The notes under the pieces were generated by a model. That model was not told the origin of the DNA. It was given only the letters and a program-made list of their open reading frames with translations, and did not search any database. A DNA stretch of 50,203 nt, the filler included, from Bipalium vagum (Eukaryota): assembly GCA_037834085.1 (NCBI GenBank). It is 3 parts of 3 records of this genome, joined end to end, with 100 filler letters (N's around TTAATTAATTAA, not from the genome) between each part and the next. Parts side by side here need not be neighbours in the genome. Positions count along the whole stretch, not along the records: positions 15,806 to 32,907 come from JBBMKC010078321.1; positions 33,008 to 50,203 come from JBBMKC010074953.1; 1 more part is not named here. The stretch is one strand, 5' to 3'. This document shows, piece after piece, positions 27,740-38,021 of this stretch; the first letter of the stretch is position 1; each line of letters begins with the position of its first letter. Both the position numbers and the translations under genes were made by a program.

Positions 27740-29280
27740 TTTAGATCACCTGCGATAAATTCTTATGAGAATGAATATTGCATTACAAGGAAGGAGCTAT
27801 TAGCAATTTGTACTTTGGTAATCACTTCAAACAATATTTATATAGGAAAATATTTACGTGGAGAATACTGACAACAAAGAAGCTAATTACATTACAGTTT
27901 GAGACTTATATAAACTATTTCAGAAATTCAGATATAAATTTAGAATACTAAAATGGATCAGAACATTCTAACACTGACATGTCGATAAGATCCTGTAACA
28001 CATGTGCTCAATGCCTTATGTGCGTAAATTCTAAAACTAGAAATTTGAAATCGAGAATTTTAAATATGGTGAGTGATTATAAAGAATACAATTTTAAATG
28101 AACATCCGTGATAATAAGATTCTGAAAATAAGAGTAAGAATTTGCGTCGATAAAAAGAAAGACTTCATACTATCAGGCAATACGATAATAACTAAGCACA
28201 ATAATATAGAGATGTCGGACAAGAATAATCAAGAATTCATCAGGCATACTCATGAATACTCGTCATGCGGAATTGGAGAAAGTGAATAAATATATTTCTG
28301 AAGATTTCGATATGAAAAGATTAAATAATAAGGTTGTAGAAAAGGTAAGATAATGTGAGACATATCAAAGAGTCAAGACCGTGACAACGCCTATAAATGA
28401 ATAATTAATGAAAATCTCATCAGTAGAGCCTCTCGAGAAGGAATACGATGATATTATTGGACTATTTAAAGAAGCAATTTACAAAGAATCTCCTGATATA
28501 TCATTTTACTAAGTACAAAGTACTTTTGTCTGTTGTCAAACAGGACAATAATACCATCGTCATGTTTTTTTCCAAAATAATTACATACAAAAGTTTGGTA
28601 CTCTTAAAGAAATACACGCTGATTGTCGGAAATGTTTAGAATCTCAAGAATTTAAAAGAATAAAGCGGACCTAGTGGTAGATTTGATCTTCTTTAGCTCG
28701 TTTCACCACAATACAAAAAGAAAATCATTGATCGACAATTTTGTACAATTAAAGAATATATAAATGCAATCTTAAAGCATAAAAATAAAAATGGTTGAGT
28801 AGAAATTGAGTGTACTTTAAACAGATTTGTACAGAATGCAATACGAATGAGTCCAGCAGAATTAGTTTTGGAGCGGAAAATAAACAGAGAAAGAGTGTTT
28901 TTGAGGGAATCAAATAGGTTCTGATGAAGCCATTCAGAAAATGGCACGAGAATTACCAGACTTGAAAAGTCAAGAAATCAGAAGGAAATTTGTGATCGGA
29001 GACGTGATCATGATTAGAAACTAAGATAGAGCCAAAGATCAAGATCAACACGAAGGACCCTAAGAAATCAAAAAGAAGAATAGAATGCCAGCGGGGGCGA
29101 TGTAAGGATTTAGAAACTACATTATTAATATTAAGTTTGTTTTAATAGTTGTGATAATTAACCAAAACTATTAATATGAAAATGAATTGGAAGAATTTAA
29201 CTTTATATAAATAAAAAGGTTTATTTTGTTATAATAAATTATAAATATTTTGAGAAATAAATCAAACATTATATCTTACT
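27740..29280 (+). mobile_element. Ty3/gypsy LTR retrotransposon 3' part (RNase H, integrase, PPT, 3' LTR), decayed
   Basis: YENEYCITRKELLAI..NHFKQYL (RNase H); HTHE, IHADC, MSPAELVL, FVIGD..EGP (integrase). Purine tract AGCGGGGGCGA at 29090-29100 is followed by TGTAAGG...ATCTTACT, a putative LTR at 29101-29280 containing AATAAA. Confidence 0.85.
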
Positions 29281-30289
29281 TTGTATTTATATTAAAATTC
29301 AAAAAATAGACATTTTTATTAAAAAAATTTAATAAAGTTTTGTTTTCAAAAAAGTCCAATTCAATCCTGTGAAATACAAAAATATAATTTTAATCCAGTT
29401 TGTTTTAGTAACGGTAATTTTACGGGTTTGTATAAATAAAATTGTATAAAAAAATTAATAATACCTATGATAATAAGAAACAGAATTGTTCTTGTTAGTA
29501 GCCAAAATTCGTATCGAATTTTAAAAAATCCCAATTATTAATCTTTGTAGTTCATAAGCCTAAAATATATATGTATGTATATAATTAAAAAAATATTATT
29601 TCCTTGGATTAATTTTCATGAAATTTTAATTTTTTGTTTTTTAATCATTATATGTCTTTATTAGATCGGATTAGGATATTGTCTCTAAAAAAATAATTCA
29701 TTTTAAAAATAAGCAATAATTTTTTGTAATATTAACAATATTAAATATGATTATTTTATTGTTTGAAAACGTATCTGTGGTGAAGTCTTTTTCAGATTCA
29801 GGTTGTGCTTATCAGCACTAGATCAACGCTGTCAAACTTCCTATTTTAGTTCTTAGGGCATACGATAAGAACTTAAGACAGTTCGATCGACCATATTGAA
29901 ACGTAAACGATAGGTGTTTTAGAGATATACATGATTCAGAAAGCTGTTCAATAACTCATAAAATGTATTAGGTTTCCAAAAGAGTAATCGCGGTTGTTTA
30001 AATACTTTACTTTAAGTTAAAATTTTTAGCGATTTACAAAATATTATAAATTAATTTTATTACCATTAAAATACATCGATTTAATAACTACCACTAGATG
30101 TACAGTTAAATAATGCGCATTTATTTAAATAGATTCACATTTTTGAATTCAAATCTAATCCATTGGGTCATCTGGAAAGTCCTGTGGATTTTGACCAAAA
30201 AAATCGAAGAAAATAATATAGTCCGATAATTTTTAACAAAATATTCTCGATTGTGTTTAGTTACTCTTCGCAATTATTCTAGTATTTGA

Positions 30290-30760
30290 GAAATCCATCT
30301 ATGAATGAAATCTTTGTGGTTATTGAAGAAATCATTCAAGCGATTTTTGATGGCGTCAAACGAATCAAACTTCCTACCGGTAATGAATTTTGGAGGGATA
30401 GAGATAAGTAGTTATTCGAAGGTGATTATGGAGGTTGAGTCATAGGGTCCAAATTATACTCAGATTTTTTACTGTACAACCCCAGGTCATATTGGATCCA
30501 TTTTTCAGCGCACATCATAAGCTGCTTAAAAAGGAAAAAACTCATTTCTTTTCAGGAGAGAATCGCAGGCTGATTTTCGAGTAATTCTATTTTTTCTGTT
30601 AAGCTATGGAAAGCAAAAATATCGAATTCCAGTTTTTGTATATGATCGTGAATAAAACTCTGGTATTTTGACTAATTATGTCAATTCTGAAGCATTCATG
30701 GGACGTCTCAAAGTCATGGTCTTTTGAAAATGTGATCATCACAACCAGGTGTGGCCAAGA
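30290..30760 (-). mobile_element. mariner transposase fragment
   Basis: FLKQLMMCAEKWIQYD and TQPP*SP..NYLSLSLQNSL.GRKFDSFDAIKNRLNDFF. Confidence 0.75.
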
Positions 30761-31091
30761 ACAAGCATTATTTTTCATAATATAATAATATAATATTTTT
30801 CAATAACACAACATATTGTCCATAGATCTTACAAAATCATGTAAAGATAAGTTGTAAAAGAAAATTAATGACCGTTTATTTTATCATTGGAAAATAAAGT
30901 TTCACTTCACTGAACTACAAACCAGAGAAGTCAATTTTTAAATTAGAATATTTGAGTAAAAGTAGTTTAGTAAAATTAACTGATAATTCTATTTAATATT
31001 TTTTTATTTATTTCCATTCATCGATGATTTTAATTATGTCCGAAATGAGTAAATAATCTAAATGAAAACTAAAATGAGAGCAATTACAATT

Positions 31092-31092
<1 letters not shown>

Positions 31093-31163
<71 letters not shown>
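31093..31163. repeat. (TTA)n microsatellite
   Basis: Direct reading. Confidence 0.95.
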
Positions 31164-31164
<1 letters not shown>

Positions 31165-32907
31165 TCTCACAAAGGAAAAAAGAACGAAATCACAGCTTGT
31201 ATTGTTAGTTTTGAATACACATGCATTATTCAGATTTCTTCATTTTTTCAGTAATCGTATTTGAAAGAACTTGAAACAGAAGTCTTCATTAATCACATGT
31301 AAATAATAAAAAATTTATTGGAGATACCGGGATAATAATAATAATAATATTTTTAAATTGGAACTCATGGGGAATACTTTATTTAAATGTCTTAAATAAT
31401 TATTGTTTTTTATAATTTTAGTGAAAATTTCTGGACCTTTCTGGAAGACCAATTTCGTTATCATTATTCATTAAAATATTTTTTCTGGCACTATTAACTT
31501 TGGTAATTTTAATTATATTTTTATATAAAATTGTTAAATATTTTCATCACCAAAATAAAAAAAAATAAAAATTTACAATTTTAAAAATCGAGAAGATCAT
31601 TAAGACCACCCATTACCTTTAGATGTAAATTCAAGATAAATTTTGGGTTAAGAGGGTTATTATTTTATATTTTACATAAAATTAAAGAGCAAAAAATATT
31701 CATCAATACTTTTGGGTCTAAATTTATTAACGATTGCACAAATTCATCTCTTTTTTGAACATATTTTTTCATGTCAATGTTACAGTTCCGCATGTTTTCC
31801 AAGAATACTTTCCTGATTTGGATAGATAACAATGTTTTGAGCAACATTCTTCAGAGCATTTGTCGTAATGCAGAGGCTCACCTTTATTGATTATACCTTA
31901 AGGAAATATAATTTTAGAGATTTCATGGAAAATTTACATTTTGAGCAAATCACTTTTGAATTCGATAAACTGAGAATGAAAAGGAACACTTCCAAAAGAC
32001 AATTCTAAGAAATTAAAAATTATTAATAATATTAAATTATTACCAAAGTAACTTTCATATTAAAACGTGTTTTGAAAAAATATTGACTAAATTGTGAAGA
32101 TCTATTTCATGAAATAATTCTTGTTATATAAGGGTGTATTTAATTCTTTTTTGGAACTCTTTCAAAGATTCCGATTTTTATGGTCAGGCATAATTTTCTG
32201 AAAATTATGCACATTTTATGTTCATTGAAGCACTGTCCACAGATAAAAACAAACGTTCAAGTCGAGATCAATAATCTCCAATCAATAATTATAAAATTAT
32301 TTGTCCAAAGCTGAATGGAATATTGATTGGTTAAATATACAATTTGTTAATCATTTATATTATGTTAATTTCAGAATTGTTAAACCGTGCTCTCATTTCT
32401 GGGTTTTCACGTTCTTGTTAATTTTTGAGGTTTTTTTATTTTTTCACAGGCATTTTCATAAAACATAACATTTTTTATTTTAGAATAGAAATAGGAAACA
32501 GATTGAAACGGTTGAAGACAGCTCCTCTTAATTATAGTTGATTTAAATGACACAGAAAATAGGAAAATTAAAATGTGCAATTCACATTATAAATTTATTT
32601 CGAGATAAAACAGAGATATTATCTTAGTAAGATATGAAACAATAATTATGAAATATAAAAAAATAATAATAATAATAATAATAATATTAATAATAAAAAT
32701 AAGATAAAATAAAAAGATAAAATAATTTGAATTTGTTTTAAATAACCATTTTCATTTTTTGAAGAACATAAACAATCAATATAATGACGTGTAGAATTCC
32801 TTGTTGTCAAGAGTTTTGTAAACATTTTTAATCGATTCCTTTTACACCTAATTATTTTTTTAAAAAAAGAATTAAAATATTTTTATTATTACTTAAAATA
32901 ATTATTT

Positions 32908-33007
32908 NNNNNNNNNNNNNNNNNNNNNNNNNNNNNNNNNNNNNNNNNNNNTTAATTAATTAANNNNNNNNNNNNNNNNNNNNNNNNNNNNNNNNNNNNN
33001 NNNNNNN
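32908..33007. other. Artificial assembly spacer 44N-TTAATTAATTAA-44N
   Basis: Same 100-bp structure as 15706-15805. Confidence 0.97.
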
Positions 33008-33008
33008 T

Positions 33009-33140
33009 AAGAAAGATTGGGACGTTGCTAAATGGAAACAAATAATTTTTAGTGATGAAAGTATGTTTCAAAATTATACCAACATGAAACATACGATTAT
33101 TAGAAGAATGGTACATGAAAATTTTCGGCCTTATTGCATT
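33009..33140 (+). mobile_element. Tc1 transposase fragment
   Basis: KKDWDVAKWKQIIFSDESMFQ...IIRRMVHENFRPYCI. Confidence 0.85.
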
Positions 33141-33420
33141 GAATGGAACTTCTTTATAAATTTGATATAAAACATATAAAGTTAATTGTCCACTACACAA
33201 CAAATCCATTTCACTTTGAAAATCTAATTTATTGAATACTATAGTTCGTCCATATACCTTTATAATTTCAAGTAACATACTTGAAGAAGGAAGTAAACCA
33301 TAAGAGTCAAATAAACACAATTATAATATCCGAAATTTGATTCTTTTTTTTTATATAATAAAAATTCTTTTGTTTATTCTATAAGTTCATTAATAATCAA
33401 ATTAAATTAATGATGTTGTT
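33140..33420 (-). pseudogene. Adenain-like (Polinton PRO) cysteine protease remnant
   Basis: NIINL...(Y)FDSYGLLP...IVFNKLDFQSEMDLLCSGQLTLYVL resembles the Polinton protease pattern IINL..HW..YFDSFG.PP..N..xQ..CG..C.Y.L. The catalytic His segment appears lost. Confidence 0.7.
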
Positions 33421-33505
33421 CAAATGTATACAATTGTTAATAATCAAATTAAATTCAGGGGGGTACGTAGAGTACGGTTTTATACTCCCCCATTTCTCTC
33501 TCACT

Positions 33506-33655
33506 CATTGCGAATACCCCCATCTATTTAAATTATGATATTGATTTTAATGGGAGCATTGTGAATGACCCAATCTATTTAATCTTAAATTAGTTTTTAT
33601 AGCCTATTCCGAATGGACCCACTAATTTAAATTATGAAATTAATTTTTATGGGCC
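33506..33655. repeat. Three degenerate ~50-bp tandem repeats
   Basis: Units 33506-33556, 33557-33604 and 33605-33655 share yATT..GAAT..CCC..CTA.TTAA...A..T..TTTT.AT.G. Confidence 0.7.
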
Positions 33656-33725
33656 TATTTTTCAAAATTGGGGAAATATTTTCTGTTGGGAAAACGACCC
33701 TTCAGCTCTAGCACCGTCGGTGTGT

Positions 33726-34263
33726 TCATTTACTTTTCTCGTAAGGGTCAAGAAATAGTCCAGATCCTTGTTTAATTATTTTAATTTTATTTTTCCATAA
33801 TTTTTGTAAAAATTTCTTTAAATCTTTCCTTTCAGATTTCTGTAAACTTTTATATTCTGAACTATTTAAAATTGTATCTCTTAACCCTTTTCCAAAATAT
33901 GAATAGAAGTGAAGTCCAGCTCCAGTTGATTCTTTTTCTTCTTTGAGTTTAAGTTTTTCGATCTCCATTTGTAATTTTTTTCTCTAAATCAGTTTTTTGA
34001 GTTTCTTTTACTTTTTGAACTGCTGTTGCAACTCCTCCAGCAAATCCACCAGCTGCTCCTAAACCTACAAATATAGCTCCTAAAATTGGAATTCCTCCGC
34101 GAATTCCTCCTTCTTTAATTTCTTCGGTTTCATTTATTTTTTCTTTAATTTCGTTTATAATTTTTTTTATAAGTATTTCTTTATCTCCATTAAAAGTAAT
34201 AATTTTTCCTTTTCCTATATCAATTTTATTTTTTAATTTCTCTTCTGTAATTTCAGTTGCCAT
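33726..34263 (-). pseudogene. Adenovirus pX-like/Polinton core protein gene (one frameshift near 33960)
   Basis: IRGGIPILGAIFVGLGAAGGFAGGVATAVQK resembles the adenovirus pX C-terminal GGFLPALIPIIAAAIGAIPGIASVA. The second ORF ends GSGLFLDPY. Confidence 0.7.
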
Positions 34264-35050
34264 TTTTTTTAAAAAAATGAAAAAATTTTTTGTATATCAA
34301 TATTTTTATATATTTTTACATGTTTTTACATGTTTATAAATAATATGAACTGCTTTTCTTCACGCTTGCTGATTTAGATCAAATTAATTTTTATTTTTAT
34401 TCAAACACTTTACACTATTGTTTTTGCATAGTACAATTATAAATAAAATTATTAATTTTTGAGAGTTTTAGTTGGAGTTGAAGTTACAAATATAATTAGG
34501 TCAACTAAAAACGGTTTATATTTAATTACCATAGAAATTATCTATGGTTACTGTTTCCTAAAATAGGTACGATTTTAAATAAGAATCTATATAAATGCTA
34601 TTTTTATAAATAAATAAAAAAAAATTTTTTCTAAAAACTTCAAAATTTCATTTAGTTCATTTCATTTTCAAATAAAAGTCAATTTATATCCTGATTATTT
34701 TCATAAATATTTGTTTGCATATTTGTTTGATTATTTCCTTCAAAAGATGCAATTCTTAAATTTCTTATCTCCCCTTCAACATCGAATATTTTTCTCTCCA
34801 TTTCATATAAAATATTTATCACATCTTCTCTTTTTTGTTTCCTTCATCTAATTTTCTATTTAAAGTAGTTAAATAATTTTTTTTTCATTTTATAAAAATC
34901 CTGATAATTTCTAAGTTCTTTTAATTTATTTTCAATCAAGGAATCTAAATATTTATGATTAAAAAATAATTATTGTTGTTAAAAAGAGATTGATAAGTAA
35001 TTAAAAAATAAAAAAGTGATTACATTAAAACTGTAAAACAAAGAAGATAA

Positions 35051-35625
35051 TTAAAATGTAGTTTTCTGAAGTTCGTTCTCATAAAACCTTCCAATTATTT
35101 CTTTTCCATTTTTATCCATAATTCCATAAATAATTGAGTTTGTATAATAAATCTTATTTATAATAAATATTTCTTCTGTCCAGTTTGCTGTATAACCTTA
35201 TCAAATTTATTTTTATATTTAAAGATTCTAACTTTATCTCCAATATGAAATTTGGGTTTTAAAGTTAAGGGATTAGCTGAAGGCTGTATCAACTTTGTTG
35301 AATTCATTTTTTCATTTTCATTATTTTTTAATTTTATTTTTTCCGGATTTTTCAATTCTTCATTAGGAGAAGCGCTTTGCTTAACCGCTTCCAGTAGTGT
35401 CATTCTAATTGATGAATGAATTTTATTATTATTGAAATTAATTAAAATTGGTAATAAATGAATCCATTTTCTATTTCCTTGTTCTGTAAATTTCTTGAAC
35501 ATTAAATTCTTTAGAGTTCTATTAAATCTTTCAATCTGCTGACCAAATATCATCTTTATTATTAACTTTTACTTTTAGGAAATTTTTAGTTTTTCTAAAT
35601 TTTTTATGAAGTTCATTTGCTAATT
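35051..35625 (-). pseudogene. Maverick-type retroviral-like integrase with internal deletion
   Basis: LANELHKKFRK..KVKVNNKDDIWSAD joined directly to IERFNRTLKNLMFKKF..W..L...N..IHSSIRMT; then KFHIGDKVRI..FDK(G)YTANWTEEIF...IIGRFYENELQK; TAA at 35051-35053. Confidence 0.92.
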
Positions 35626-35699
35626 GTTTACTTTTTTCTGGAAAAGGAATTGTAGAATTTTCAAAAAGTTTTTCATTGGCGAGCGTCTTGGAAGTTCTT

Positions 35700-36170
35700 T
35701 CTAAACCAAGATCTAGAGCAATCTTTCCTTTCATAATTAATTTTACTATTGCTCTTTCTAATTTTTCTCTTGGAGTTGGATTTTGAATATTGTTCATTTC
35801 ATGAATCATTTCTACATCTGCAACATATTGATCTTTTAATTCTGTTGACATATATTTGACATCATGTTTCATTACTGCTTGATCTATTCGATTTATTGGA
35901 ATGAAATCAGGTTTTGGAATTTGGAGAATTGATAAATCTTGATTGTCTTCAAAATTTTCTATTATTTCTTCAGTTTTCTAAACGCTTGTCAACATTTGCT
36001 CCTGTACCTGTAAAATTGTAAACTGGATTTGTTTTGATGCTGACGAAGTCGCCAAAACTACGCGTGTTTAAAGGATTTAAAGATTTTAAATGAAATTCGC
36101 CTGGGTATTTTCCTTTTGTAAATTTATTTTAAAATTTGTTGTTTGTAATTGCCTGTTGAATATCACCTCC
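35700..36170 (-). pseudogene. Parvovirus VP1u-like phospholipase A2 (PLA2X) domain, in frame with the integrase N-terminus
   Basis: GGDIQ..YPGEFHL..YNFTGTGANVDKRL (Ca-loop-like) and PINRIDQAVMKHDVKY...ADVEM (catalytic HD..Y). Stop/frameshift near 35970. Confidence 0.85.
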
Positions 36171-36214
36171 TGTTTTTATAAAAAAAAGATGGATATGCTT
36201 CTTGAATTTTTTCA

Positions 36215-36419
36215 ATCGTTGTTTGTATTTTTGAAGTCGTTGTTTTTTATCGTTGATATCGTTGTATTTATTCGTTGATGTCGTTGATTTTTCGTTGTTT
36301 TCGTTATTTTTCGTTGAAATCGTTGAATATTTTTTTCATGTATGTTTGTATTTTCATGATGACTTTTATTTTTTTATTAATAAATTTATCACAAATTTCG
36401 CAATACCATTTTCAACCAT
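36215..36419 (-). pseudogene. N-terminal C2H2-type zinc finger plus short TCGTTG-repeat linker of the Maverick ORF
   Basis: ATG at 36419; WYCEICDKFINKK..SHHENTNIH after frameshift correction. TCGTTG recurs with ~9-12 bp period at 36215-36330. Confidence 0.6.
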
Positions 36420-36533
36420 TTTTTTAATTTTAAAATTTATTTATTTAAAAATTTAAGTAATTTAATTTGATAAAATTTTAATATTTCCACCCTTAGATTT
36501 TCATCTATTTTCAAGTAATTATAAATAATTTTA

Positions 36534-36764
36534 TCATTCAGATTTTCCTGTTGTTTTTTTTATTTTATTTTTATATGGCTCAAATATACAAATTTCTATT
36601 AACCATAATAAATCTTTAGAATAAGATGTTAAATCTTTTTCTTCTAATTTATAATTTTCGGCTCTTAAAAATATTTCATAATATTTATTTTGTGGAAATG
36701 TATTTTCAATTTTAATTAATTGTTCATTAGACAAATTATTTAAATCGTTTCTTTTGGTTTCCAT
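36534..36764 (-). CDS. Small hypothetical ORF of the Maverick-like element (76 aa)
   Basis: Intact ORF with the same strand and A-rich start context (AAAAATG) as the neighbouring element genes. Confidence 0.45.
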   Translation of the reverse strand: METKRNDLNNLSNEQLIKIENTFPQNKYYEIFLRAENYKLEEKDLTSYSKDLLWLIEICIFEPYKNKIKKTTGKSE

Positions 36765-37439
36765 TTTTTAAGAAAAAATTAAATTTTTTCAGTTTAAAAT
36801 TTTTTAATTTTTTTTATATACGACACAAAGTGTACTTCGTTTGTAAACACGTTTTGACGAACGAATGAGTGTGTGAGGAAAAAATGTGTGTACGAACGGA
36901 CTACGCTTTGCGTGTGGTTGCTAATTAAACTATAAAATCTTGAAAATAATTGGATAGTAGTCCAATTAATCTATCATTGTCAAAATAAAAACCTTTTTTG
37001 TTTTTTCCATATTTTCTTTTTATTGTCTTCTCCATGTCTAGTAGGGCGGACAGGCGCTTGTTTCTTTTGAGGGCTCTTGGTTAGCGAAGAGAGAACTAAA
37101 TTCTTTCCTTAAAACTTATCTCTCTGGATTTATCAATACAATATCTATATATTGTTTTATTTGTTCAACAAAAGTAAAAAATATATAATCTTTAAATTTA
37201 ATATTTTTTTTTGATTTTTTTAGTGAATAATCTTTATTAAAGTGTTATCGAATCATTTCAGTGTTTTGATCAGTCCAGTTTGATTTTTATTACTTGCACA
37301 ATCATTTAAATACCCAGTCGATTAAAAGTAATTAAAATTCATTTTTCTTTTATTTGAACACGAACGTAACACACTCTAAACCCTTCTGATTTCAAAAAAT
37401 ATAACGTTTTGATTAAATATTCATTCTATTGATTAACAA

Positions 37440-37830
37440 CAATCTAACCCAATTTCATTATTATGAAAACTTAACAAAAGTATCGAAGATGGCGCATTCT
37501 TTGTTAATAACAGATTGCCCCTTTAACAAGTGGAGTTTCGGATCACCGATCGTGGATATGAAAGAGATAAGTGTACAGTATATTTTGCTTAGCATCTATA
37601 TTATTTCCTATGACTGAGCGGTTCATGCTCGAATCGCAGACTGCTGATGTTATCATTATGACTCCATCCACATCGATTCAATAAAAGATAGAATATACTG
37701 AGCATCTAACTGGGTCCATGCAGTGGTCAAGGCAGACTTTAAGATATCTCTAGATTTAAATCTACGATCACAATTATGTTAATATCATTACCAACAGTTA
37801 ATTCTGGTAAACCTTTTGAAAGAGTTGAAC
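37440..37830 (-). mobile_element. Tc1-like transposase scraps
   Basis: DILKSALTTAWTQLDAQYILSFIESM (Tc1 C-terminus-like) and GVIMITS..NIDAKQNIL. Confidence 0.45.
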
Positions 37831-38021
37831 ATTAAACTCACTGTATAATACATAAGTAAAAACATTGAATTACAAAGTAACAAAATCGAATTATAAAATA
37901 AAAAATGACATGACAAACTTTGTAATAAACAAATAATTTTTATTTTATAAACATTTAAAAATTGTTATTATTAGAAAGGTGCAAAAAATTGTAAAATACT
38001 TACAAAATCATAATATTCTAT

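Larger units (their letters stand above)
33140..36780 (-). mobile_element. Maverick/Polinton (adintovirus-like) element segment, decayed
   Basis: Compact, intronless, A-rich minus-strand gene cluster: small ORF, ZnF-PLA2-integrase, pX-like core protein and adenain-like protease. PolB, ATPase and capsid genes are not seen in the window. Confidence 0.85.

Noticed and set aside
29796-29860. Possible next cadherin exon (FRLCLSALDQ)
   Set aside because: Wrong phase, early stops, and the opposite strand resembles a mariner remnant.
31400-32500. Possible Chapaev/CMC-like transposase remnant (minus)
   Set aside because: Fragments (DWRLLI, LHLK, KLPKL) are too weak to call by eye.
33506-33655. CRISPR-like array
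   Set aside because: Eukaryotic context; units are degenerate tandem copies with no unique spacers.
36947-36968. 8-bp hairpin TAATTGGA-TAGTAG-TCCAATTA as a Maverick terminus
   Set aside because: Short AT-rich stem with no partner TIR or TSD visible.
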